Below, one piece after another: positions 9,386 through 18,317 of a stretch of 40,402 nucleotides of DNA. Made by a program: the position numbers and the translations under genes. How positions within the stretch are numbered: position 1 is the stretch's first letter; each line of letters opens with the position of its first letter. Source of the DNA: a bacterium (lineage in GTDB: Bacteria; ARS69); assembly GCA_025774865.1 (NCBI GenBank), contig JALGZO010000206.1, forward strand, positions 1 through 40,402. The letters are read 5' to 3'. The notes beneath the pieces were generated by a model, which was not told where the DNA came from, searched no databases, and saw only the letters and a program-made list of their open reading frames with translations.

Positions 9386-10573
9386 ATGTCGAAGGACCGC
9401 GAGGCGGTCATCGTCGGTGCGGCCAGGACCGCGATCGGCAAGTTCAACGGGACGCTCTCCAGCACACCTGCCACGAAGCTCGGCGCCGCAGCCATCCGAG
9501 CGGCCGTGGAGCGCGCCAGCGTGGCGCCCGATCGCGTCGAGGACGTGATCATGGGCAATGTCCTCTCCGCGGGCGTCGGGCAGGCGCCGGCCCGGCAGGC
9601 CGCGATCCACGGCGGCATTCCGGCGTCGGTCGGGGCAATGACGATCAACAAGGTCTGCGGCTCGGGCCTGAAGGCCGTGTCCCTGGCTGCCCAGGCGATC
9701 CGCGCGGGTGACGCTTCCTGCGTCGTGGCGGGAGGCATGGAGAACATGTCGATGGCTCCGTACCTGGCGCCCGGCGCTCGCACCGGATACCGGCTCGGGG
9801 ACGGCAAGCTCGTGGATTCCATGGTGCACGACGGCTTGTGGGACTCATTCAACGATTTCCACATGGGGTCGACGGGTGAGCTCGTCGCCGAGAAGTACGA
9901 GATCGGCCGCGAGGAGCAGGACGAGTACGCGTACCAGAGTCACATGAAAGCGGCCGCGGCGCAGAAGACGGGGAAGTTCAAGGACGAGATCGTTCCCTTC
10001 GAAGTGCCGCAACGAAAGCGCGATCCGATCTCCTTCGACCTTGACGAAGCCGTTCGTCCCGACACGAGCGTAGAAGCGCTCAGCCAGCTCAGGCCGGCGT
10101 TCCAGAAGGGCGGCACCGTTACTGCCGGCAACGCGCCCGGCGTCAACGACGCGGGGTCCGCGGTGGTCGTGATGTCGGAGGCGGCGGCAGAACAGGACGG
10201 GGTGAAGCCGCTGGCCCGGATCATCGACTACGCCGTCGGCGGCATGGAGCCCGAGTGGGTGATGATGGCCCCCGTCGACGCCGTCTCGAAGCTCCTGAAG
10301 AAGACGGGGATGTCGATCGGCGACTTCGACCTGATCGAGCTGAACGAGGCCTTCTCGGTGCAGGCCATGGCGGTCACGCGCAAGATCGAAGCGGATCCGG
10401 AGAGGGTGAACGTGAACGGCGGGGCGGTCGCTCTGGGGCATCCGATCGGCTGCTCGGGGGCGCGGATCCTCGTCACGCTGCTTCACGCGATGAAGGACCG
10501 CGGGGCCAAGAAGGGACTGGCCGCGTTGTGCCTCGGCGGCGGCAACGCCGTGGCGCTCGCCGTCGAGATGTGA
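9386..10573 (+). CDS. Acetyl-CoA C-acetyltransferase (thiolase II-like)
   Basis: The real start is ATG 9386 ([20 protein letters not shown]) after GAAAGGAAA. The active-site set is present: [32 protein letters not shown]. Confidence 0.92.
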   Translation: MSKDREAVIVGAARTAIGKFNGTLSSTPATKLGAAAIRAAVERASVAPDRVEDVIMGNVLSAGVGQAPARQAAIHGGIPASVGAMTINKVCGSGLKAVSLAAQAIRAGDASCVVAGGMENMSMAPYLAPGARTGYRLGDGKLVDSMVHDGLWDSFNDFHMGSTGELVAEKYEIGREEQDEYAYQSHMKAAAAQKTGKFKDEIVPFEVPQRKRDPISFDLDEAVRPDTSVEALSQLRPAFQKGGTVTAGNAPGVNDAGSAVVVMSEAAAEQDGVKPLARIIDYAVGGMEPEWVMMAPVDAVSKLLKKTGMSIGDFDLIELNEAFSVQAMAVTRKIEADPERVNVNGGAVALGHPIGCSGARILVTLLHAMKDRGAKKGLAALCLGGGNAVALAVEM

Positions 10574-10908
10574 GAGCGCGGCTCGTTCGGGTCCTGCTCC
10601 TCGTCGTCGTGGTGGAGGCGGCCGCGTGTATCGCGCTCGGCCCGTCCGGGCGACGGCTGCGAACGTTCATCGATTGGCTCACGATCGATGGAATCGTGCT
10701 CGCGTTGACCGGGGCGTTTCTGGTGGTCGACCGGCCGTTCCTCGCGGCACGTGCGCTGACGATGGGAAAGTCGGACCCTCGAGATCCTGTCGAGCGGAAT
10801 CGGTTCCGGTCGCTGGGCTGGTTCGTCCTTCTGCTCGGGGGAGTATTCTACGGAACGGCGGCCCTGCTCTGGGCCGCGCGAGGAGGAACCCATGGGATCG
10901 ACGGCTGA
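10570..10908 (+). CDS. Hypothetical small membrane protein (~3 predicted TM segments)
   Basis: GTG start overlapping the thiolase stop. Three hydrophobic stretches are visible ([15 protein letters not shown]; [15 protein letters not shown]; [21 protein letters not shown]). GC-rich third positions are consistent with coding. No family recognised. Confidence 0.45.
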   Translation: MRARLVRVLLLVVVVEAAACIALGPSGRRLRTFIDWLTIDGIVLALTGAFLVVDRPFLAARALTMGKSDPRDPVERNRFRSLGWFVLLLGGVFYGTAALLWAARGGTHGIDG

Positions 10909-10936
10909 GGCGAAGACGAAGGAGAGGAAGAGCAGC

Positions 10937-11785
10937 ATGACCTTCGAGAAGACCAGCGTGATCGGCGCGGGCACGATGGGCAACGGGATCGCCCAGATTC
11001 TCGCCGTGTCCGGCCGGCATGTGCAGCTCGTAGACGTCAGCCGGCCCGCCCTCGAGAAGGCCGTCGCGAAGATCGGAAAGAGCCTCGCGAAGTTCGTGGA
11101 GAAAGGGAAGATCACGGATGAGGAGCGGGGCGCGGCGCTCGAGCGGATCGAGACGTCCGGCGACCTGGAGGCCGCGAGAGGCTCCGGCCTCGTCGTCGAG
11201 GCCGTCGTCGAGAGCCTTCCCACGAAGCTCGGCATCTTCGCCCAGCTTGCCGAAGTCGTGGCGCCGGACGCCATTCTGGCGAGCAACACCAGCTCGATCT
11301 CGATCACCGAGCTCTCCCGGCACACCGAAAACTCCGAGCGCGTCGTCGGCATGCACTTCATGAATCCGGTTCCGGTCATGAAGCTCGTGGAGGTGGTGCG
11401 GGGTCTGAACACGTCGGACGAAGCGGTCCGTGCGGTCGTCGAGACGGCGGAGGCGCTCGGCAAAGTGCCCGTGGTCGTGAACGACTACCCCGGCTTCGTG
11501 TCGAACCGCGTGCTCATGCCCATGATCAACGAGGCGATCTACTGTCTCATGGAGGGTGTCGCCGACGCAGAGGGCATCGACACGGTCATGAAGCTCGGCA
11601 TGGCGCACCCGATGGGTCCGCTCGCGCTCGCCGATCTCATCGGCCTCGACGTCTGCCTCAGCATTCTTCAGGTGCTGCACGAGGGGTTCGGTGATCCCAA
11701 GTACCGGGCCTGCCCGCTGCTCAAGAACATGGTCGCGGCCGGGAAGCTCGGGCGAAAGTCGGGCGAGGGGTTCTACCCGTACTGA
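10937..11785 (+). CDS. hbd: 3-hydroxybutyryl-CoA dehydrogenase
   Basis: ATG 10937 follows GGAGAGGAAG. Rossmann motif VIGAGTMGNGIAQ, plus HFMNPVPVMKLVEVV and a C-terminal 3HCDH domain (GFYPY end). Confidence 0.9.
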   Translation: MTFEKTSVIGAGTMGNGIAQILAVSGRHVQLVDVSRPALEKAVAKIGKSLAKFVEKGKITDEERGAALERIETSGDLEAARGSGLVVEAVVESLPTKLGIFAQLAEVVAPDAILASNTSSISITELSRHTENSERVVGMHFMNPVPVMKLVEVVRGLNTSDEAVRAVVETAEALGKVPVVVNDYPGFVSNRVLMPMINEAIYCLMEGVADAEGIDTVMKLGMAHPMGPLALADLIGLDVCLSILQVLHEGFGDPKYRACPLLKNMVAAGKLGRKSGEGFYPY

Positions 11786-11794
11786 CCGTGGTTA

Positions 11795-11816
11795 CTCGCG
11801 ATTCCGGGAACGCGAG
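11795..11816. terminator. Weak hairpin between convergent hbd and rapA (possible bidirectional terminator)
   Basis: CTCGCG-N10-CGCGAG lies in the 59-nt convergent gap. There is no clear U-tract. Confidence 0.2.
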
Positions 11817-11844
11817 GTTGCCGGAGGCGCGAGGACCGGAGCAA

Positions 11845-14217
11845 CTACGCCGTGAATCGGACCCCGGCGACGGCGACGAGGTCTCCGTCGATCTCGAGCC
11901 GCGACAGGAGCCCACGCACGCGATCCGCCCAACGCGGCTCGCCCCAGACCGCCGCGGGAATCTCGCGGAGCTTCGTGCGGGGGTTCTGGACGGCGGCGAC
12001 CCACGCGGGGCGCGGCTGCCCGTCGAGGTCGCACGCGAAGAGTTCGAAGTCCGGTCCATCCTTCGCGACCATGAGGACGCCGGTGCCCGGCGGATCGCCG
12101 GGGACCTCTATCAGAGCGAGCTGTCCGCGCGTGCCGTCCCGGAGCTCGGCCAGTACACCTTCCACGAGCGGATGTCCGGTGGCCAGAAAGTCGAGCGACT
12201 CCCGGTGGACCGCCTCCTCCCGGTCGAACGTTCCGAGCCAGCGTGAGCCAGGCGGCACGGCGTGGAGCGTCTCGACCGTCGCCTGTCCTCCGAACTCGAG
12301 ATACCAGCACGCGACTCCGGGCTTCGGCTCTATTTCGAAGCCGAACTGACGGCACGCTTCGAGCACGACGGACGCCGTCCGATGCTCGAGATCCTCCGGA
12401 ACGAGCTCGAGAATCCCGGGCGCGAGCTCGGTCCGGTACGCGCTCCGGTGAAGGTCGTGGTACACGGAGCGGACGACGCGTTCGCGCGCCTCGTGGGTTT
12501 CCTGCACGATCCCGTCGATGTCGAGGTTGCCGCCCGACGTCGCGAGTGCGTCCCGGATCGCCTCGACCACGTGCGAGAGTGCGCGGTCGAGACCGCCGAG
12601 CGGGTCCCGGAAGATCCCGAGTGCCTCGTAGAGCCGGCAGACCTGCGCGCCGAACCCTTCGGCCGGCCGGAAGTAGACGATCTCCACCGGGATTCGGCGA
12701 TTGATGCGGTCGAGGCGCCCGATCCGCTGCTCCACGAGCAGGGGGTCCCACGGCAGATCGAACATCACGAGCCGCTTCGCGAACTGGAAGTTGCGTCCCT
12801 CGCCCCCCGACTCCGTCGCGATGAGGAAGTTCGGCCCGTCGGACTCCGCGAACCGCGCGACTTCGAGATCTCGCTGGGCCGGAGACAGGTCCTCGTGGAA
12901 GACCGCGATGCGCCGGCTCGTCCAGTATTCCAGCTCCTTCTTGAGGAAGATCAGCGACTCTCGCTCTCCGACGAAGATCAGGGACTTCTCGCCTCTCTTG
13001 TCCCACTTCTTCGCCTCACGCCCCAGCCACTGGATCCGCGGGTCCTCCCGTCCGAGCGGCTCGGCGAGAGCACGCGCGAGGCGCTCGAGCCGGGCGGCCT
13101 CTTGCACGGGCGTGCCCCCCTTCGCGGACATCGCCTCGAGCTCCTTGGCCTCGCGGGCCGGGAAGGGGGGGAGGTCCACCGGGAACGGCTCGCGCGGGGG
13201 AAGACCGCCGATGTCGATGCGGCGAGTCGCGCTCGTACAGGGGTAGAGCGGCGTCCCGTCGTCGAGGTTTCGGCGGAACGCGTCCCAGGAGTCGAACTCC
13301 TCGGGGCGCAGGAGCTGCATCAATCGAAAGAAGCCGTGGGCGTCGGCCTCGAGCGGCGTGGCCGACAGAAGCAGCAAGTGCTCGGTCGTTTCGCAGAGGG
13401 GGGCGATCGTTCGGTATTCCGGCGAGCCGGCGGTCCCCTCCCGTCGACGGAGTCGGTGCGCCTCGTCGACGACGACGAGGTCCGGCTGTGACGAGACCGC
13501 GAGCCGCGCGAGGGATGCGTCTTCCACGAGATCTTCGAGCGCTACGACCGCCCTATCGTAGACGTCGAACGGATTGAAGCCGGGCCCCTGCTCGCGGCGC
13601 ACGTCCTGCCGGCGATCGTCGTCGACGAGGACGAACACCTGGTGGAACTTCCGATAGAGCTCCCCGAGCCATTGCACGACGAGGGCGCGCGGGGCGACGA
13701 CGAGAACGCGCTCGAGCTCGGCGGTCCGCACGAGGTGGTTGAGGATCAGACAGGCCTCGACCGTCTTGCCGAGTCCGACCTCGTCCGCCAGGAGCCAACG
13801 CACCGGCAGCTGTGCGGTCGCGACGCGAGCCACATGAAGCTGGTGGGGGAAGAGCTCGATTCGACCGCCGAGGAAGGATCCCAGGCCGGTGGACTCGCGG
13901 AGCTTCATCAGGTGAAGCGCGTCGAGCCGGTTGCGGAACGCCTCGAAAGCCTCGACGTCGAGGCGGGCCAGCCGCTCGACGATGTTCTCCTGGAAATCCT
14001 CGAGCCAGCGCTCCGGATCCGCTCCCGGCCGGAGCGTGAGTGGCACGAGCGGATGGCCCGCGACGGCGAACTGGAGCGTGCTCCCGTGATTCGGGAATTC
14101 GATCGTCATCCGGTTGCCCGACACTTCCTGAACGAGTCCCGGACCGAGCTCCCGATTGTAGGGATGGAGCACCTTGTCGCCGGGCTGGAGCGTATGGGTC
14201 GGGGACTTGGGAGTCAT
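11845..14217 (-). CDS. rapA: RapA/HepA-like Snf2-family ATPase (RNA-polymerase-associated)
   Basis: The real start is ATG 14217 ([16 protein letters not shown]...). The upstream part of ORF 11845..14613 overlaps the thyA region. Helicase motif [15 protein letters not shown], motif [11 protein letters not shown], and C-terminal motifs [10 protein letters not shown]...[19 protein letters not shown] are present. The N-terminal small beta domain resembles RapA. Confidence 0.85.
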   Translation of the reverse strand: MTPKSPTHTLQPGDKVLHPYNRELGPGLVQEVSGNRMTIEFPNHGSTLQFAVAGHPLVPLTLRPGADPERWLEDFQENIVERLARLDVEAFEAFRNRLDALHLMKLRESTGLGSFLGGRIELFPHQLHVARVATAQLPVRWLLADEVGLGKTVEACLILNHLVRTAELERVLVVAPRALVVQWLGELYRKFHQVFVLVDDDRRQDVRREQGPGFNPFDVYDRAVVALEDLVEDASLARLAVSSQPDLVVVDEAHRLRRREGTAGSPEYRTIAPLCETTEHLLLLSATPLEADAHGFFRLMQLLRPEEFDSWDAFRRNLDDGTPLYPCTSATRRIDIGGLPPREPFPVDLPPFPAREAKELEAMSAKGGTPVQEAARLERLARALAEPLGREDPRIQWLGREAKKWDKRGEKSLIFVGERESLIFLKKELEYWTSRRIAVFHEDLSPAQRDLEVARFAESDGPNFLIATESGGEGRNFQFAKRLVMFDLPWDPLLVEQRIGRLDRINRRIPVEIVYFRPAEGFGAQVCRLYEALGIFRDPLGGLDRALSHVVEAIRDALATSGGNLDIDGIVQETHEARERVVRSVYHDLHRSAYRTELAPGILELVPEDLEHRTASVVLEACRQFGFEIEPKPGVACWYLEFGGQATVETLHAVPPGSRWLGTFDREEAVHRESLDFLATGHPLVEGVLAELRDGTRGQLALIEVPGDPPGTGVLMVAKDGPDFELFACDLDGQPRPAWVAAVQNPRTKLREIPAAVWGEPRWADRVRGLLSRLEIDGDLVAVAGVRFTA

Positions 14218-14311
14218 GGCCTCGCGAAGAAGTGAAGGGAGTCGTGCCGAACTCCAAGGGATCACATCCTGCGACTCCGATCCAGCGATTTCGAGCGCCC
14301 TCGGTGGCCCG

Positions 14312-14341
14312 TTGCCAAGGGTGGGGGATCGGAGAGATACT
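14312..14341 (+). promoter_or_regulatory. Putative sigma70-like promoter for thyA-folA (TTGCCA-N18-GATACT)
   Basis: Lies in the 160-bp divergent rapA/thyA gap. The -10 ends ~36 nt before the thyA TTG start. Pattern match only. Confidence 0.3.
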
Positions 14342-14377
14342 GCGTCGGGGAATCCCGTTCCCGCTCGGAGGAGCTCG

Positions 14378-15172
14378 TTGCGCCCGTACCTCGACCTCTT
14401 GCAGCGCATCCTCGACGACGGTGTCCGGCGCGAAGAGCGGACCGGTACGGGCACGCTGAGTGTCTTCGGCCACCAGATGCGCTTCGATCTGGCCACCGGA
14501 TTCCCTCTGGTCACGACGAAGAAGCTCCACGTCAAGTCGATCGTGCACGAGCTCCTCTGGTTTCTGCGGGGGGATACGAACGTCCGATCGCTCCAGGAAG
14601 CCGGCGTGAGCATCTGGGACGAGTGGGCCGACGAGAGAGGCGAGCTCGGACCCGTTTACGGCCACCAGTGGCGGTCGTGGGCGACGCCGGACGGCGGCTC
14701 GATCGACCAGCTCGCCGAGCTGCTGCGAGCGATTCGGGAAACACCCCACTCCCGGCGCCATCTCGTGAGCGCCTGGAACGTCGCTGACCTCGATCGGATG
14801 GCGTTGCCGCCCTGTCATGTGATGTTCCAGTTCTACGTCGCCAACGGGAGGCTCTCCTGTCAGCTCTACCAACGGAGCGCCGATGTGTTTCTCGGCGTGC
14901 CCTTCAACATCGCCTCCTACGCGTTGCTGACGCACCTGATCGCCCGCACCACGGATCTGGATCCCGGTGAGTTCGTTCTCACGCTGGGCGACGCTCACCT
15001 CTATTTGAATCACGTCGAGCAGGCCCGGTGCCAGCTGGGTCGCGACCCTCGCCCATCGCCTCGGCTCGAGCTCGATCCGGACGTGCGCGATCTCTTCGAG
15101 TTCCGTTACGAGCACGTTCGGCTCCGGGACTACGATCCGCACCCGCCCATCAAGGCGGCCGTCGCCGTATGA
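14378..15172 (+). CDS. thyA: Thymidylate synthase (ThyA type)
   Basis: TTG start 3 nt after GGAGGAG gives a 264-aa protein, the length I recall for E. coli ThyA. Shows [38 protein letters not shown] and the catalytic [11 protein letters not shown]. Confidence 0.93.
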   Translation: MRPYLDLLQRILDDGVRREERTGTGTLSVFGHQMRFDLATGFPLVTTKKLHVKSIVHELLWFLRGDTNVRSLQEAGVSIWDEWADERGELGPVYGHQWRSWATPDGGSIDQLAELLRAIRETPHSRRHLVSAWNVADLDRMALPPCHVMFQFYVANGRLSCQLYQRSADVFLGVPFNIASYALLTHLIARTTDLDPGEFVLTLGDAHLYLNHVEQARCQLGRDPRPSPRLELDPDVRDLFEFRYEHVRLRDYDPHPPIKAAVAV

Positions 15173-15660
15173 TCCTCTCCTGCATCGCGGCGATGTCGGA
15201 GAACGGAATCATCGGACGCGACAACCGGATTCCGTGGCGCCTCCCTTCCGATCTCGCGCACTTCAAGCGGACGACGATGGGTCACACCATCGTCATGGGG
15301 CGCAAGACGTGGGAGTCGATCGGCCGGAAGCCGTTGCCGGGCCGGCGTCACATCGTGATCAGCGCTCAGGATCCCTACCCGGTGCCGCCGGAGGTCGTCG
15401 TGGTGGGCTCCTGGGAGGAAGCGATGGATCGAGCCTCCGATGAGGACGAAGTATTCATCGTGGGAGGAGCGAGCCTCTACGAGCCCGCAGTGGCCGTGGC
15501 GGAACGGATCTACCTCACGGTCGTTCACGCCGAGGTGGAGGGTGACGTTCACTTTCCGGTGATCGAGCTTTCCCGTTTCCGCCTCGTGTCGGAAGACCGA
15601 CACGAGCCCGACGACAAGAACGAGTTCGCGCACACGTTTCGCTTGTACGAGAGGATTTGA
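15169..15660 (+). CDS. folA: Dihydrofolate reductase
   Basis: ATGA overlap with thyA. Shows [52 protein letters not shown] and VGGASLY. Confidence 0.93.
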   Translation: MILSCIAAMSENGIIGRDNRIPWRLPSDLAHFKRTTMGHTIVMGRKTWESIGRKPLPGRRHIVISAQDPYPVPPEVVVVGSWEEAMDRASDEDEVFIVGGASLYEPAVAVAERIYLTVVHAEVEGDVHFPVIELSRFRLVSEDRHEPDDKNEFAHTFRLYERI

Positions 15661-15714
15661 TCCGCGACCTACCGTCAGAGACCGCCATCAGAGTATTCGA
15701 AAGGAGCTTCCCCG

Positions 15715-16680
15715 TTGAGTATTCCTCTTTCCAATGCACGAGTCGGCATCTACGTCGACGGTTCGAACGTGTCCATAAACGGTGGCCACGGGATGCGGTA
15801 CGATGTCCTACGCGAATTCGCCACCCGCGACGGCGCCGAGGCCGTCCGAATGAACCTCTACGTATCGTACGACGAAGACCGCGCGGCGACGGACGCCGCC
15901 TACCGCAAGGGCCAGGAGAACTTCTGTTCCGTGCTGCGGGACTTCGGCTACAAGGTGATCCAGAAACGGGTGCGCTGGTATACCGACGAGTCGGGGAACC
16001 GGTTCGGCAAGGCGAACTCGGATCTCGACATGGCGGTCGACGCTCTCTTGCAGTCCGAGAATCTGGAGCGAGTTCTTCTCGCGACGGGCGACGGTGACTT
16101 CGTCCAGGTAGTGCGGGCGCTGCAGAATGGGGGGTGCCGGGTGGAGGTCGTCGCGTTCGAGAACGTGTCGCAGGCCCTGCGGGAGGAAGCCGACATGTTC
16201 CTCTCCGGGTATCTGATCCCGAACCTTCTGCCGATGCCGCAGCAGGCGGAGCGGTCGGCGTGGGGCGAGATCGGGAACCGTGTCCGCGGCGTGTGCTACA
16301 ACCACAGTGGCAAGGGGTACGGGTTCCTTCGCTACCTTCGTCAGGTGGGACCGGGTCTTTGGATCACGGATTCGCGCCACCCCGACTCCCCGTACCAGAC
16401 GGTCTTCTTCCACGATTCGCAGCTGCCGCGTAACGTACCGTTCCACCAGCTGCCGAGCCGCCATCTGATCTTCGAGTTCGAACTGATCGAGTCCGACCGA
16501 TACGAGGATGACATGCAGGCGGTCAACCTGCGGCTCGTGAGTGGGCAGGTTCGCGGCGGACGGGCACTCGACCGGGCCCCCGAAGCGGAGGAAGCGGACG
16601 GGAACGCCGCGGAGGGACCGAACGGAGAGGCGGATGAGGGCGAGGTGGAAGACGAGACGAAAGAGGAAGTCGCGGAGTGA
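15715..16680 (+). CDS. NYN (LabA/PIN-like) nuclease domain fused to a cold-shock-like OB domain, with an acidic C-terminal tail
   Basis: TTG start 8 nt after AAGGAG. NYN acidic positions are present: GIYVDGSN, NSDLDMAVDAL, LATGDGDF. CSD-like RNP1/RNP2 motifs are present: GKGYGFL, VFFHDSQL. The last ~45 aa are rich in Glu and Asp. Confidence 0.8.
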   Translation: MSIPLSNARVGIYVDGSNVSINGGHGMRYDVLREFATRDGAEAVRMNLYVSYDEDRAATDAAYRKGQENFCSVLRDFGYKVIQKRVRWYTDESGNRFGKANSDLDMAVDALLQSENLERVLLATGDGDFVQVVRALQNGGCRVEVVAFENVSQALREEADMFLSGYLIPNLLPMPQQAERSAWGEIGNRVRGVCYNHSGKGYGFLRYLRQVGPGLWITDSRHPDSPYQTVFFHDSQLPRNVPFHQLPSRHLIFEFELIESDRYEDDMQAVNLRLVSGQVRGGRALDRAPEAEEADGNAAEGPNGEADEGEVEDETKEEVAE

Positions 16681-16686
16681 GACCCG

Positions 16687-17064
16687 TCAGAGGCTGAACG
16701 ATTCGCCGCAGCCGCAGGTACCCTTCGCTTGAGGGTTGGTCCAGACGAAACGCTGGCTCATCAGCTCGGACTTGAAATCGAGCGTGGAGTTCTTCAGGAA
16801 GACGATGGACCGTGGATCGATGAAGACGGTCACTCCGTGCTGCGTGGTCACGTAGTCCCCGTCCCGCGGGCCGTCGGCCTCGTAGCTCATCGCGTACGTG
16901 GCGCCGGAGCAGCCGCCGCCCTTGACCTGCACCCGCAGCGCCTGGCCTTCGCAGCCCTCCCGCTCGCCGCGACGTGCAATCGCCTCGGCGGCGGCCTCGG
17001 TGATCGTGATCGGGGCTTGTGGGTTGCCCTTCTCGGATCCGACGCTCATCGGCACCTCGCTCAT
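16687..17064 (-). CDS. A-type Fe-S cluster carrier (IscA/SufA/ErpA, HesB family)
   Basis: Shows LRVQVKGGGCSGATY and the C-terminal GTCGCGESF cysteine motif. An alternative start at ATG 17049 has the better SD (GAGG-N5). Confidence 0.88.
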   Translation of the reverse strand: MSEVPMSVGSEKGNPQAPITITEAAAEAIARRGEREGCEGQALRVQVKGGGCSGATYAMSYEADGPRDGDYVTTQHGVTVFIDPRSIVFLKNSTLDFKSELMSQRFVWTNPQAKGTCGCGESFSL

Positions 17065-17202
17065 GGCTCGGGACGGGGCTCGGGCCCGCCGCCGGTTCGA
17101 ACGACGTTACGAACGGCTGAACGCCTGGTCAACCGGGCTCCGCACGGATGTGTTACGCTCCGTCCCGGCTCGATCGGCAACCCCACAACCCGTAGGAGTG
17201 AC

Positions 17203-17445
17203 ATGTCGGACCCCGAACGCCGAATCGGCGACCTGACGGTGAAGATCGAACGTGATTCCTGCATCGGCTCCGGAAACTGTATCAAGGTCGCCCAGAGTGT
17301 CTTCGAGCTCGACGACGAAAGTGTCGTGGTCTTTCGGGACGGCCAGCCGCCGCCGGACCGGGCGATGGTCGTGGAAGCCTGCCAGAACTGCCCGGTGGAG
17401 GCGCTCGTCGTGATCGACGAAAAGGGAAACCGGATCGTGCCGTAG
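17203..17445 (+). CDS. Small single-cluster ferredoxin
   Basis: ATG 17203 follows AGGAG. 80 aa with CIGSGNC ... CQNCP, a CxxSxxC...CP pattern that suggests a [3Fe-4S] or atypical [4Fe-4S] cluster. Confidence 0.8.
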   Translation: MSDPERRIGDLTVKIERDSCIGSGNCIKVAQSVFELDDESVVVFRDGQPPPDRAMVVEACQNCPVEALVVIDEKGNRIVP

Positions 17446-17459
17446 GATCCCGCCGGCAC
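17437..17459. terminator. Weak hairpin spanning the convergent ferredoxin/sufT junction
   Basis: GTGCCG-N11-CGGCAC covers the 14-nt gap between the two stop codons. No U-tract. Confidence 0.2.
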
Positions 17460-17813
17460 TCAGAACATCCCCAGCTCGAGCCTCGCGGCCTCGGACATGA
17501 GCTCCGGCGTCCAGATGGGCTCCCAGACGATGTCCACCTGCACCGTCTCGATACCTTCGATGGCCTCCAGCCGCCCCTTCACGTCGATGGGAATCGTCTC
17601 GGCCGCCGGGCAAGCCGGCGAAGTGAGCGTCATCTCCACCGTCGCGAGCGTCCCGTCGATGCGAACCGTGTAGACCAGGCCGAGCTCGTAGATGTCGACC
17701 GGAATCTCCGGGTCGAACACCGACTTCAGCCCGGCCACCACCAGCGCTTCCAGCTCCGGGGGGCCTGCGTAGGTCACACCGATGGAAGTCTTTCGCTCTT
17801 CGTCCTGCGACAT
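17460..17813 (-). CDS. sufT: SUF-associated DUF59/MIP18-family Fe-S assembly protein (SufT-like)
   Basis: The real start is ATG 17813 (MSQDEE...). Shows DPEIPVDIYELGLVY...MTLTSPACP, typical of DUF59. It is the last gene of the suf operon. Confidence 0.8.
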   Translation of the reverse strand: MSQDEERKTSIGVTYAGPPELEALVVAGLKSVFDPEIPVDIYELGLVYTVRIDGTLATVEMTLTSPACPAAETIPIDVKGRLEAIEGIETVQVDIVWEPIWTPELMSEAARLELGMF

Positions 17814-17845
17814 GACGACTCCTTGTTGACGACGGTGTTTTCGCG

Positions 17846-18304
17846 CTATTCCGTGGAGACCGGATCGCGGCGGTTGTCGAGGGCGGCCCGCAGCGTGTGC
17901 CACGGCAGGGTGGCGCACTTGACGCGGATCGGAAATTCGCGAACACCGGCGAACACGGCGAGCTTCCCGAGCGTGCCTTCCACATCGCCGGCCTCGGCCT
18001 GTCCCGTCACGAGGTCACGAAACGAATCCGAAAGCCGGGCGACGTCTGCCGGTGACTTCCCGGTGATCGTCTCGGTCATCATGGACGCGGACGCGGTGCA
18101 AATCGCGCACCCGGCTCCCGTGAAGCCGACTTCTTCGAGGTCGCCGCCTTCGCCCAGCTTGATCTCCACGTTGATCCGATCCCCGCAGAGCGGGTTGTAG
18201 CCCTCGGCCCGCCGGTCGGGATCGTGGAGATCGTGGAAGTTCCGCGGGCTCCTCTGGTGATCCAGGATCACCTGCTGATACAGCTCTCTCAGAACCGAGT
18301 CCAA
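17846..18304 (-). CDS. sufU: SufU-type Fe-S/sulfur-transfer scaffold (IscU/NifU-like)
   Basis: TTG start 5 nt after GGAGG, just after the sufS stop. The three Cys motifs are present: NPLCGD, GAGCAICTASASMM, VKCATLPW. Confidence 0.85.
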   Translation of the reverse strand: MDSVLRELYQQVILDHQRSPRNFHDLHDPDRRAEGYNPLCGDRINVEIKLGEGGDLEEVGFTGAGCAICTASASMMTETITGKSPADVARLSDSFRDLVTGQAEAGDVEGTLGKLAVFAGVREFPIRVKCATLPWHTLRAALDNRRDPVSTE

Positions 18305-18317
18305 CGCGACCTCCGAT

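Noticed and set aside
11845-14217. A Snf2-family helicase as a possible component of a defence system (DISARM/Zorya-like).
   Set aside because: No partner genes (methylase, PLD or DUF1998-type proteins, ZorA/B-like) are adjacent. The N-terminal beta domain and overall layout match RapA/HepA. The neighbours are hbd and thyA-folA housekeeping genes.
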